Shown here: piece after piece, positions 1 through 11,605 of the stretch
Layout of the letters: the number at the start of each line of letters is the position of its first letter
Position numbering within the stretch: the stretch's first letter is position 1
Notes under the pieces: generated by a model
Told to the model about the DNA's origin: nothing
The model's database searches: none
What the model saw: the letters and a program-made list of their open reading frames with translations, nothing else
Translations under genes and position numbers: made by a program
Origin: Mobula hypostoma
Taxonomy: Eukaryota
Reading direction: 5' to 3'
Assembly (NCBI RefSeq): GCF_963921235.1
Contig: NC_086097.1
Location: 205,966,001 to 206,030,000, forward strand
Length of the DNA stretch: 64,000 nt

Positions 1-1493
1 AATACTCAGGAGGGAGATACCCCTGTAGTTGTTGCAGTCACTCCTATCACCCTTGTTCTTGTACAAAGTGACGATTTTGGAGTCGCGCATATCCTGTAGT
101 ACGGCTCCTTCCTTCCAGCGCTGATGGAAGACCTCGTGTAAAGGTTGGAGAAGTGAGCTCTTGCAGTGCTTGATCAGGTCTAGAGGAATCCCATCACTGA
201 CAGGAGCTTTCCCTGGGGCCAGACTGTCAATTGCCTTGCTGAGGTCCTCAATGGCTGAGCTAACAACAACATTTTCCCTTGAGCAGACCTCAGAGTAGTG
301 TTCTACCCAGCATTCCATCTCCTTGCTTTTATCAGTGATTATTTCACCGCTGGATAACTTCGGGGTGCTGTCTTGCTCTGCAATGGGCCAAGGGCCTTCT
401 TGATACCATCATATGTCGATCTAATGTTGCCTGTCACAGCTGCTGTCTGATTCTCCTCACTGAGCTGGAGCCAGTACTCACTTGTGCACTGCTTTGTGGT
501 CTGTTGTACTTTGTTTCTAACAGCTCGAAGTGCCTGGAGTGTTTGGTCAGGTGGTGAGCACTTGTACTCTATGGGAGCTGCACGCTTGGCTTCGATGACA
601 GGAGTCATGATGTTGGACTTTGCCTCAAACCAGTCACTGCTCTTTGTGGTCTTTCTTCCAAAGATAGTGTTGATTAGTGGATGGTGTCACAAAGGTGTGA
701 CCATTGTTCTGTTGCAGTATCTCCTTGTGAGGAGGTAGTCATAGCACACTGTACCAACTTGGCAAACTGGTCAACCTTTTCTGACTGTTTCATCTCTGTT
801 GTGTTGATGCGAGGTTTTCCAGTTTGTTTGGAGTGGTGGATTTTCTTCGGACGTAGTTTGATCATGCAGCACGCCTAAGCATGATCCGTATCACAGTCTG
901 CACTGTGGTATGAACGGGTGATTAGTACAGAGTTGATGAAAGAGTGCCTGGTGATGATCATGTCTAGTTGGTGCCAGTGTTTAGACCATGGATGTCACCA
1001 TGAGATCTTGTACTGCGACTTCGTCTGAAAGTGGGAGTTAGTTACACACAGGCCGTGATAGGAGCAGAACTCCAGGAGCCGTTGTCCACTGTCATTTATT
1101 TTGTCAGTTCCAAAGTGGCCAAGACAAGACGGCCCGGAATCATTATCGGCTCCCACTCTGGCGTTAAAGTCACCAAGGAGAATGAGGTGCTCACCACTGG
1201 GAATATTCCTGACAACAGCTTCTAATTTTTCGTAGAACATGTCTTTTGCCTCAGATGTGGAGTTCAAGGTAGGGGCATACACACTGACGAGAGATACTGG
1301 ACTGTGACTGGTGTGTAGGCGGAGAGTTATAAGTCGTTCTGATCCATTTTCTGGTGGCTCCACCATTTGCAACAAGGCGTTCCTAACGGCAAAACCCATT
1401 CCATGCTTGCAGGACTTGACTTGGTTCTTTCCCAGCCAGTAAAACGTGTAGTCCCTTTCCTTCAGTGTACCTGAATCCACCAAACATGTTTCT
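1..1493 (-). mobile_element. Decayed RTE-clade LINE (AP endonuclease plus start of RT region), runs off the left edge of the window
   Basis: Minus-strand translation gives APE motifs ETCLVDSG..YTFYWLG, VSVYAPT, LLGDFNARVG and NGQRLLEFC-like segments, followed by RTE-like linker (WLQLSEE..GNIRSTYDGIKK). Multiple frame breaks. Confidence 0.85.
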
Positions 1494-1504
1494 TGTGTGT
1501 GTGC

Positions 1505-1549
<45 letters not shown>
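1494..1549. repeat. (TG)n microsatellite, probably the (CA)n tail of the adjacent minus-strand RTE derivative
   Basis: About 27 TG units with one CGCG interruption, seen directly. Confidence 0.95.
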
Positions 1550-1551
<2 letters not shown>

Positions 1552-2295
1552 GCCTCCGTCGATCGTGGTCGACCATGGGTGCTGCTCCTTTGGTAGTCGC
1601 TGAGAGTGGCCTCTCCAGGGCGCAAGCCAGGTCAGAGTTGAAATGGAGATTCATCAGTTGCCCATGCAGTGGGACACCCCTCTCCTGCCACAGCTGCTGT
1701 CTGAATGTCCTCAATGAGCTGGAGCCAGTACTCACTTGTGCACTGCCTTGCGGTCTGTGCACTTTGCTTCCAACAGCTCGAAATGCCTGGAGTGTTTGGT
1801 TGGATGCGTGAGCGCTTATACCCTGTGAGAGCTGGTGGTGGTGACAGGCTTGGCATGCTGGTGACAGGTCCAAAGGAATGACGAAAGTCGATACAGTTTG
1901 GTGCCAGCAGCATCGCAGGAGTTGCCATGCCGGTGCTGGGTACAGCAGTCAGCTGCCTTCGGGACTCCAACTCCAGATTTTTCCTCGCGGTTTACTCCCA
2001 AAGCCTTTCCCATGAGCGGGTATAGTCGCAAGGCAGCGGAGATTTGAAATCGGAGTTTTCCCTCTCCTAGATGAGCTGCCATCCGTAATTCACGAGCCCC
2101 ATCTGGTTTTAAGGCGCCAGTGGCCTGCCTTTGCCCCTTCTCCTGTCAGAGAGACCAGCTCCGCCGGGCATAATAACTATGCCACATGTGAAGGCCAGGA
2201 GTTAGACTTAGTTTTCAGAGGCTGTTTGAGACACACACCATGAAGGTGATTTGTTGAGCAGTGGGAGCTCGTCCCCACTACCACCCTTCGGCTCT
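1550..2295 (-). mobile_element. Internally deleted non-autonomous RTE derivative (5' UTR + short ORF fragment + 3' end)
   Basis: 1681-1820 is homologous to RTE segment 431-565. 1960-2290 resembles an RTE 5' UTR (TTTTCCCTCTCCTAGATGAGCTGCC on plus). Ends in (CA)n on minus. Confidence 0.6.
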
Positions 2296-3280
2296 GGCTA
2301 CCTTTGGAGAAACCTAGCACTATACAACTGGATGCACTGAGGAGACCAGCTTCCACAATACAGTTAAACTTGGCAGTTAACTGAACAGAAGCTTGCATAT
2401 GCTAGTTTGAGAATCCTGAAATTCTTCACAGTTAAGGAGGTTAATACCAGAAGTTCTGTATGGAGCTATTGCTTTACTGGCAGAGACTGCGGGCCAACAT
2501 CAGCATCAGAGCAGATGGAGCATTTAACTGCTGAGCTTACAATCTGAAAGCAGATCAGTCCGGGTGCTCCTTAAATATTATGATAGTATCTGCTTCCGCC
2601 AGATCTTCAGAGAGCACATTCCAGACTCTGACCACTCACGGATTCAAAGTACACTTATTATCAAAATATGTATAAATTATAGAATCGTGGTAGTCTTCTG
2701 CTTACAAAGTAATAAACAGGGGAATACACAATTAAAAACAGGACACCACCAAATGTGCAGAGAAAGAGGGGAAATAAACACAAATTATACAAACAATAAA
2801 AGAAAGCAACAGCATTCCAAATCCAACTGAGCCCATTCACCAGAATCCTGGAGCAGCCAGTGTAGGCCCGTAGCCTCAGTCTCCATTCATCATGTTATAG
2901 GGTAAATTACAGCAAAGCTCCCAGACATGAAGCGTGTAGAAACCAGAGCAATCTCTCAGCATCGGCACTGTGGAGAGAGGAGTGAACATCGCGAAAGAGA
3001 AAGCAGAATCAGCCCAACCCTTGCTTCTGGTTCCAACACATGCCTTTCCAGACTATCTGGGCTGGCGTTTAAATCATCCACACACCAAATCATGGTGCGC
3101 ACTGGGACCCAGACTGCGCCACAGCGATACACTCAGGGCCTAGACCTCACCACCCAGCCCAAAGCCATTCTTGCCCTTTCCACAAACAACAGGAATTCTG
3201 CAGATGCTGGAAATTCAAGCAACATATATCAAAGTTGCTGGTGAACGCAGCAGGCCAAGCAGCATCTGTAGGAAGAGGTG

Positions 3281-3317
3281 CAGTCGACGTTTCAGGCCGA
3301 GACCCTTCGTCAGGACT
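3281..3317 (-). ncRNA. Minimal type I hammerhead ribozyme in Penelope pLTR, intact core
   Basis: Minus strand reads AGTC-CTGACGA-AGG(GTCTCGG)CCT-GAAA-CG-TC-GACT: stem I, core, stem II, core, minimal stem III, GUC cleavage triplet. Confidence 0.85.
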
Positions 3318-3615
3318 AACTGAAGGAAGAGTGAGTAAGGGATTTGAAAGTTGGAGGGGGAGGGGGAGATCCAAAATGATAGGTGAAGACAGGAGGGGGA
3401 GGGATAGAGCCAAGAGCTGGACAGGTGATAGGCAAAAGGGGATACAAGAGGATCATGGGACAGGAGGTCCGGGAAGAAAGACAAGGGGGGGGGGGGTGAC
3501 CCAGAGGATGGGCAAGAGGTATATTCAGAGGGACAGAGGGAGAAAAAGGAGAGTGAGAGAAAGAATGTGTGCATAAAAATGAGTAACAGATGGGGTACGA
3601 GGGGGAGGTGGGGCC

Positions 3616-4326
3616 TTAGCGGAAGTTAGAGAAGTCGATGTTCATGCCATCAGGTTGGAGGCTACCCAGACGGAATATAAGGTGTTGTTCCTCCAACCTG
3701 AGTGTGGCTTCATCTTTACAGTAGAGGAGGCCGTGGATAGACATGTCAGAATGGGAATGGGATGTGGAATTAAAATGTGTGGCCACTGGGAGATCCTGCT
3801 TTCTCTGGCGGACAGAGCGTAGATGTTCAGCAAAGCGGTCTCCCAGTCTGCGTCGGGTCTCACCAATATATAAAAGGCCACATCGGGAGCACCGGACGCA
3901 GTATATCACCCCAGTCGACTCACAGGTGAAGTGATGCCTCACCTGGAAGGACTGTTTGGGGCCCTGAATGGTGATAAGGGAGGAAGTGTAAGGGCATGTG
4001 TAGCACTTGTTCCGCTTACACGGATAAGTGCCAGGAGGGAGATCAGTGGGGAGGGATGGGGGGGACGAATGGACAAGGGAGTTGTGTAGGGAGCGATCCC
4101 TGCGGAATGCAGAGAGAGAGGGGGAGGGAAAGATGTGCTTAGTGGTGGGATCCCGTTGGAGGTGGCGGAAGTTACGGAGAATAATATGTTGGACCCGGAG
4201 GCTGGTGGGGTGGTAGGTGAGGACCAGGGGAACCCTATTCCTAGTGGGGTGGTGGGAGGATGGAGTGAGAGCAGATGTACGTGAAATGGGGGAGATGCGT
4301 TTAAGAGCAGAGTTGATAGTGGATAG
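3616..4326 (-). pseudogene. Penelope GIY-YIG endonuclease C-terminal region, stop-free but without an ATG or RT domain
   Basis: PLVLTYHP, Cys-rich linker CKRNKCYTC, VIYCVRCSRCGLLYIGET..RFAEH, HF..H and terminal LQPDGMN motifs. Confidence 0.9.
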
Positions 4327-4357
4327 TCCAAATCCCTTACTCACTCTTCCTTCAGTT

Positions 4358-4394
4358 AGTCCTGACGAAGGGTCTCGGCCTGAAACGTCGACTG
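4358..4394 (+). ncRNA. Minimal type I hammerhead ribozyme in inverted Penelope pLTR, intact core
   Basis: AGTC CTGACGA AGGGTCTCGGCCT GAAA CG TC GACTG. Confidence 0.85.
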
Positions 4395-5374
4395 CACCTG
4401 TTCCTAGAGATGCTGCTTGGCCTGCTGCGTTCACCAGCAACTTTGATGTATGTTGCTTGCCCTTTCCACTTTGGCTTGACGCTTAAATAGATCCAACCTC
4501 ACTCCCGGTTTATGTGGATGGGTCCCGAAAATCCTCTGCCTCAACTCCTCTCTGAATCGCTTGCTCCAACTCTATCTCCGACTTCGACACCATCTTGGAT
4601 TTTGGTACTTCGTATCATACTGGCACAGCTCAACCCTTGAGTCGGCTCCCCCTTCACTCACCTCTTCATTGTTTGAGGTGATAGTTTACCACAACTTACC
4701 TCAGAAGATGTGTTATTAATAATGTTTTAAGTCATATTTCTTGGCTGAAATACCAGTGAGCGGTCACCCAGTTCAGTGGCACCATCTTAAACTGGAAGTA
4801 CTTTTCACTCTCCTTCTAATTGCAATGCTGCAATGTAGACATCATCCCAGTGAATCTCCTCAGTACTCTTTCCATTGCAATAACTGTTGCAAATAAGGTA
4901 GCACATATGAATGCTAATTCACCTTTAAAAATCATATGGTATGACCTTTGACATATTATTCTACTGCTATTGGTTGTGTGTTTCCTGCTTTTTATAAATG
5001 GTATCTGTTTGATAGATCTGATATTGTTCTTACCTTAGTGAACAACAATATAAAATAAACTACAGGCAGCAAAGTTGAGTTGCAATTACTGGGGGGGAGC
5101 GGGTGGAATAGGAGAAGTCAATCTGCAGGGTTTTTCTTCCACAAACCAGTTTGTAATAAAATGAAATTGAAATTATTTTGGCCAATTAGATGTTAAAACT
5201 ATCTGCATTTCCATTTCAGAGCAGATTTTCTCGTTCATGGAAGATTGGTTTGCTTTTTCTCCTACAATCGCAAGGGAATTTTCAAAAGGTTCTGACACTT
5301 GATTTCTTGCTGAATTTTCCTGCTTTTCAACTTTCTTCCTTTTTTCTCCTGGGATTATGAGAAGGATGTGATAT

Positions 5375-5515
5375 TCTATGTCAAGGAGCACATGGATGAT
5401 AGAATGCAGGGCTACGTGGAAGGGAAGGATTATATTGATCTTGGAGCAAGTTAAGGGGTCAGCATAACATTTAGGCTGAGGAACCTTTACTGTGTCATGC
5501 ACGTTCTATGCTCTA
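5375..5515 (+). mobile_element. CR1 3'-end fragment
   Basis: Resembles the 3' UTR of the CR1 at 14350-14519 and ends GTTCTATGCTCTA. Confidence 0.55.
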
Positions 5516-6835
5516 AGTGCTAGCATGATGGCACTGAATTTAATTCATGCTTCATGCTAAAGAGATTTAGCCCTATAAAAAACATTCATCACTTTTCCAG
5601 CGTAGTCAAATATTCCCCTTTGGGCCAGTGTCAGATCTCCCTCTCACATTTCACAGCACAGGTCACACAAAAAAACCAACATTATACAGTAGGCTTGTGC
5701 AAGTACCAGGGAGATGAACAAAGGTGAACCCATTGGCAGATGAATAACAAAATTCTCATATCTGAATTTTTACAAGCACATGCCTTCAGACATTTTACCC
5801 CAGAGAGGTGGAAGCACTGACAGAGTGGGCAGAAAGGAAATGTGATGCTGGTGGTGGTCATACTGATGAATAAGTTGTGGATTTTATTTCACATTGACTT
5901 GAATTGGATGCAAATGGAATGTGAAGTTCAGCTTGGGTAGTAGAGAATGTATACATTATTAAGTATTACTTCATTCTGGAAGATTGACCAGGGACAAACG
6001 GGGAATCAACGGCAAGGGTATAAAGAGTATGACGGAAACCAAATAACGTTTTTCTAATATTGAACTGGGGAAAGTTGTGACTCACCCTATACTTGATCAT
6101 ATCAAACAATAAATCCAGCAGGGGAAAGAGAGAAAAAATGGGGAAAACAGAGCTCAGATAGAACAAGAGATATCTGCCACCTTAAGATCTATTGAAAGAA
6201 TGAGACCCTGAACAAAAATTGGGCGAAAGCTGTCTGTATATCACCCGGGTGCTATCTTTACACCACTTCTAATGGCCAGATAACGTTTCTCATTGGTAGA
6301 GATTTAGGAGCAGGCCTTTCATCCACCTTCATAAGTATGGAGTAGAGAGCAGGGAAACATGTAACACAAATAACAGACACTTTGATTATAGAATGACAAA
6401 AAGGACTGATTATATGGAATAAATCAGTCCATGTAGTTCATAAATATTAACTGATTGTGATTTTTCCTCTGACTGTCATTACCTTGGCTCCTAATTTCTG
6501 TTAGCTATTATGTTTTTGGTTTCCATATACTGTATATTGCCAATATCAGTTTTATGCATTTCAACTGACAAATATATATTAAAAAGTCCTTTAGTATGCC
6601 AACTGCAAACTCAGTATTTTATATACTCAGCATTTTGTGTGGTTTGATGGACAGCGTCAAATTAATTAGCTTTGACAAACATTAATTTATTCAGTTAATA
6701 TGATTGAGTGACAGAAAGCTTCAACTTTTTCTGACAGTATCAGAACTGCTCAAAACTCTGGTGCATAACTGGATATCTTCACTTATCTTATCTGGATAAA
6801 ATTAGGTAAATAAGCCATGCATAGAAATCACTTAC

Positions 6836-6907
6836 AACGTGTTCAGGTTCTTCTGTTTCCTAAAGGCTCCTGTTGGAATCTCCCTAATCCTGTTAAATCG
6901 CAGGTCC
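6836..6907 (-). CDS. PXDN: 72-nt internal exon encoding one LRR (DLRFNRIREIPTGAFRKQKNLNT) of a peroxidasin-family gene, equivalent to exon 2; PXDN versus PXDNL unresolved
   Basis: Acceptor TTTTCTTGTAG|G at 6908/6907 and donor TT|GTAAGTG at 6836/6835. Phase 2-2 and 72 nt, as in peroxidasin LRR exons. Peptide resembles peroxidasin LDLRFNRIREI..AF...NLNTL as I recall it. Confidence 0.88.
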
Positions 6908-7234
6908 CTACAAGAAAACAGTAAGATTGAGACATTGATCAATAGAAGTGCTTGGCTCCATGTCAGGAGCAAACTAATACAGGCCATGCCTAGATTACAG
7001 ATGGCCAACTTGTGGACGGCCTTAAATATGAACAACCTCACATAATATTAATAATTTCTGATGTCTGATCTACATACACGTCTGCTACTTTGAATGGTAG
7101 AAATAATTTCCTCTCTATCAGTCTGTCTGTCTCTCCATTTTTATTAATTGTTCTTTCTTATCAGTCATGTGATTTTTATGCCATTCATTATACATTCAAA
7201 GTATATCAAATAATATTTGTGTATTTTCCATCTT

Positions 7235-8366
7235 CTGGACAAAATCTCATGGGCAATCTCACTGGCTGTTCGCTCTGCTTTAAAGCACGTGGAGAACAGC
7301 AAAATATATGTCAGGCTGCAGTGTATTGATTGCAGTTCAGTGTTCAATATGATTATCCACTCAATATTGATCAGCAGGCTTGTAAACCTGGGTCTTTTTA
7401 CTTCCCTCAGTAAAAGGATTCTCAATTTCCTCATTGTAGTTGATAGTCAGTCTGGATCAGTGAAAACATCCCCTCTTTATTGACAATCTACACAGGCGCA
7501 CCACAGGGATGAATGCTTAGCTCACTGCTGTACTCTGTATATTCAAGATAGCGTAGCAAGTCACAGCTCAAACATTAAATATAAATTTGCAGATGACACT
7601 ATTGTTACTGGTAAAATCTCAGATAGTGATAAGGACGTGTACATGTATGAGATAGATCAGCTGGTTGAGTGGTATTGCAACAACAACCTTGCACTCAACG
7701 TCAGCAAGACCAAGGAACAAATTGTGGACTTCAGGAAGGGGAAGTCGATAGAAGACACACCAGTCCTCTTTGGGGGTCAGTTGTGGAAAAGGTACGCAGC
7801 TTCAGGTTTCTTGGTATCGGAATCTCAGCGGTTCCATCCTGGGGCTAACATATTACTGCAAACCAGCAGCTTCACTTCATGAGGAATCTAAGAAGATTTT
7901 GTACGTCAGCAAAGGCTCTTGCAAGTTTCTGTAGATTTACAGTGGAATATTCTGACTGGTTGCATCACCGGCTGGCCTGGAGGAACCAATTCACAGGAAA
8001 ACAAGAGGCAGCAGAGGGTTGTAGACTCCATCATAATCACAACCCTCCTTACCTTCAAGGACATCTTCAAGAGCTGGTGCCTCAAAAAGGTGGAACCCTT
8101 GCCATCTGAGATATGCCCTCTTCTCATTACTATCATCAGTGAGGAATTTGAAGATCTGAAGCCACACACTATGATTCAGAAACAGCTTCCTCACCTCAGC
8201 CATCAGATTTCTGAACAGTCCATGAAACTACCTCATTATTCCTATTTTTGAACTATTTACTCATTATATAATTTATAATAATTTTATGTCTTTGCACTGC
8301 ACCGCTGCCACAAAAAAACAAATTTGATGTCATATAAAAAATATGATAACCCTGATTCTGACTCTG
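7235..8366 (+). mobile_element. Rex1/Babar LINE 3' part, decayed
   Basis: RT remnants AISLA..YVRL.IDCSSVFN, KFADDT, WYCNNNLALNVSKTKEQIVDFRK, ILTGCIT. Tail CTGATTCTGACTCTGA. Confidence 0.8.
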
Positions 8367-9049
8367 AGAAGTGACATTTGTAAGAACAGAACCTATTTGT
8401 TATTCAGGGATGACCTGTATTAAACCGATAAACAATGTTTCCAACATACTATTTCCTATACATTTAATGTGAGAAGAGTCGGTCACAGTGCTTTAATAAA
8501 GTAATTCCCTTCACACCATATTTTTCATGAGTGTCCAGGAATACCAGAAGACTAAAATTGAAGAGCCATAAATAAACATCATTTTCCTATATTGCAATCT
8601 TTATGAATTACTTTTGATGTTGGGGTAGGAGTTAAGAGTCACTTTCACGGGATCAGCAATAATCAGGAGGTAGTGCTGGTTTTCTCTACATGTACACCTA
8701 ATACCATGAGCCCATATGAACTTCTTTCCAAATTAAAGGAATTCTGCCAATATTCTCTACCCTTTCGCCACCACTAACTCTGACAGCCTACTAATGCATC
8801 CCAGTAGTTCTTCATTAAATTGTAGCCCCATGGTTTCTGATTCTGCTACTAAAGTTCAGTGTGTCCCCATTCAGGAACACTATATCAAATTCTGGTAATT
8901 TAGCAAATGTCTAAAATACTTAAGAGTTGAGATTGCAAGCAGAAGCCTAATCCTGCATGCAAAAAAATTAATTTTAAAAACTGGAGACTTTGACATTAAA
9001 TCTCATATAAAATTTTGCATTAGAGAATATGTGATATTTTGAGTTAAAG

Positions 9050-9500
9050 GGTTATCGAGTCTTGCAGTACAGAAATAGGCCTTTTGGCCCACCAAGCCCA
9101 GTCTGACCATCAATTATCCACCTCTATTCATCCCATTCATCAACAATTAACCTGTATCTTTCTATCCCTTTGTGAGTCAAGTGCTCATCTAGGTACTTTT
9201 TAAATGTTGTGTATACTTGTCACCACAATGCAAATTTAAACTATCCTTTGAATGAAAGAAGTCCTCCTCAGATCCCTTCTAAAACTCTTTCTCTTTCCCG
9301 TAAACCTATGTCCTCCTAATTTTAGACACCTCTGCCAAAATATGTCACTCTCAATGCTACCTACCCTCGTAATTTCATGTGCCTCTTTGAGGTACCCTTC
9401 AGTTTTTTTATGCCCAGGAAAATAATCCCAATTCATGCAGCCTCTCCTGATAGCTGAAACATTTCATCCCAGGCAACATCCTGCCGAATCTCCTCTGCAG
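9050..9500 (-). mobile_element. CR1 3' fragment, decayed
   Basis: Minus translation GGHRF..FRRDLRRTSFIQRIV, followed by a CR1-like 3' UTR. Confidence 0.7.
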
Positions 9501-11437
9501 TGAAGTTATGTCTTTCGTCATGTACAATCAAATGCTCATTTAAATGACAACATGGCTGTTTAACAGTCTGGTCCTAACCTCACACTTTTATCTGCAGCCA
9601 CTCCTACAGAGATTAGTGAACTCTGCGGGAACTATTGTCTGCTGTCAGTAATAGATGAGACATTCAGCAGAGCCTGTTGACCTTGACTCCAAATATCCAA
9701 CATGCTAAACAGGCAGGTAAGATTCTGAGTTCATTAATAACTCAGAGTAAAGTCAAATATCAATATTGTGAATACAAAAGCATCTTGCAAACAATATAAA
9801 AAGACATGAAATCATGCAACAACTAACCAGTAAGTATTAAAATTACATCTTATATTCCACTTCACATTTTTCCAACAGCATTGATTTCATAAAAATCTCA
9901 AAGTATACAGAGGAGCTTTAGAAGAAGGACTTGAGTAAGAAACATTAATGCTAAGTCTGCACTTACTGTAGTTCCCAAGAACTTAATTCTGTTGAAAAAT
10001 GTATCAATATTTACAATGCTTCCCCAAGGACTTCTCTATGCTCTTTGTTTCATTTTGTGATGAGTTTCATAGCCAGGCTGATGAAATGTTACCCAAGAGA
10101 AGGCTAGACAATAATAATTGCCATACAATTCATATTATGAGACAAGTTACAGAAGGAATTTAGCTATTTGTCCCTGGAAATTGCAAAGCATTGAAGTAAA
10201 CAGGTTTGCAACCCCATTAAAATAATTGGCGTTAGAATTTGATACAAATGAGTTCGTTCCAGTCATTGGACTCTTTCGAATACTTAATAGTGCTTCACTC
10301 CTTTTCTCACGCGATTTTATGTATCCACCCTACAATTTGCCAACTGAGCTACAGTATTCTACAGGTGTTTGACCATTAGTTCAGTAAACACAAATATTTT
10401 TCAGTGCAACCATTGATTTTTAAAGATAAAATTTCAAGTATAAATTCCTGATATAGTTTATATGTGCTGATCCAGTGGATTTTCCCTCAACTATGATAGA
10501 TCTTCCCTCCATGAAGATTTTAAACCATTCTACCAGGACAAGGGTTTTAAAGGCAATGATTCATTATTCCCTCGATTGCTCTACGATTATTCCTTTAACA
10601 ACATTGTTACTGAGGCAGCTGCCAGATGTGTACAGCAATCCGTAAGTGTCAACATTTCTTGGACTGGAATTATAAGCTACAGACATCACATTCAGGAAAA
10701 TCTGATGAGGATAATATAAGACTCAGAAAGACTTCAAAATGATAGATTTTGCCATTGTTACTTTATATTGATCACCCCCCCCACCCTTCCCTTCACAAAA
10801 TTCTTACAAGCTCCAAACCATTCAGTTAATCAGTGTCTCCAACTATCCAAATCATTGAAGACTGAAATTTGGCCATGATATGCAGCCACCAGCTTCAGCT
10901 GGCAGTTATCAGAGGGATCTGAATGTAACCAAACACACCCAGTCTTCGATCATAACTCTCAGGGTGACTGCCCAGCCAACTGGCTGACTCTCCTTGCTGG
11001 ACTCCTCTTCTGCTGAAACAATGAAGAACATTCACAATGCAAGAGTTCAATCCTGGTTCACGTGGCACGCAAGGCTTGGCTTACCATCTGACATGGTGCA
11101 ACAATGTCATTGTCAGCTGGAACAAGGAGATGCATTTATAGTAGAAGGCATCCCACAAAGACAATAAAGAATGAGGTCAATTTTCCAGCATTGTGGCCTT
11201 ATTTTGAAAGGGATTTGACAACTGATTTTGTGTTCAGTGATGTTCCTGTTCCGCTCTCTATTACATTTCATCAATTAAATCTAATTAGTTGTGAGCATTT
11301 GGGAGCTATTAGATGCTAGTTTCAGAGGACCAAGGAGGAAATTGAAACTGGTGATGCTGCTGATGATCAGACTGGAGCAACATAAAAAGTTAAGATAACT
11401 ATTTGATGTCTTTAAACGTATTACTACCTCAATGTCT

Positions 11438-11605
11438 CTCGATGGTTGCATGCATGAATGCTCCGGATGGCTCTTGATGTGAGTTGGCAACAGCACATGA
11501 CAACTGAACACATTGATGAGGGAGAGAGAGAAGTGGAGAGTCCGTCATCGTGCCCGATGCCGGTCCCCTAGGCCTAAGTCGATGTAGTAGTAGTATTAGT
11601 AGTAG
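11438..11605 (+). mobile_element. Very short 5'-truncated non-LTR retroposon, RTE/RTEX-like, with (TAG)n tail
   Basis: 13-bp TSD TACCTCAATGTCT at 11425-11437 and 11606-11618. Contains LNTLMREREKWR-like C-terminus and GTAGTAGTAG tail. Confidence 0.7.

Larger units (their letters stand above)
3184..4455 (-). mobile_element. 5'-truncated Penelope-like element with inverted pseudo-LTRs
   Basis: GIY-YIG endonuclease coding region. 3216-3346 is the inverted repeat of 4329-4459. 14-bp TSD CTTGCCCTTTCCAC at 3170-3183 and 4456-4469. Confidence 0.92.
2641..4799 (-). mobile_element. ORF-less retroposon with YY1-motif head and Rex1-like tail, copy A; split by the Penelope insertion at 3184-4455
   Basis: Minus 5' end ACTTCCAGTTTAAGATGGTGCC near 4799. 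3' end AATAAGTGTACTTTGAATC near 2641. Colinear similarity with 23743-24547. Confidence 0.6.

Noticed and set aside
995..1873. 292-aa ORF with a poly-HT tract
   Set aside because: Chimeric read-through of an RTE derivative, the (CA)n tail and an RTE endonuclease remnant; not a gene.
2100..2295. Possible HDV-like ribozyme at RTE 5' ends (also 38900-39010)
   Set aside because: Hairpins are present, but I could not build the P1/P1.1/P2/P3 double pseudoknot by eye; a descriptor search is needed.
3616..4440. 274-aa ORF as a domesticated GIY-YIG nuclease
   Set aside because: It starts at TTG in the inverted pLTR and has no ATG; the open frame is explained by recent insertion.
1..6835. Next peroxidasin LRR exon (LLNNN..)
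   Set aside because: No matching 72-nt AG..GT unit found; it presumably lies beyond the left edge.
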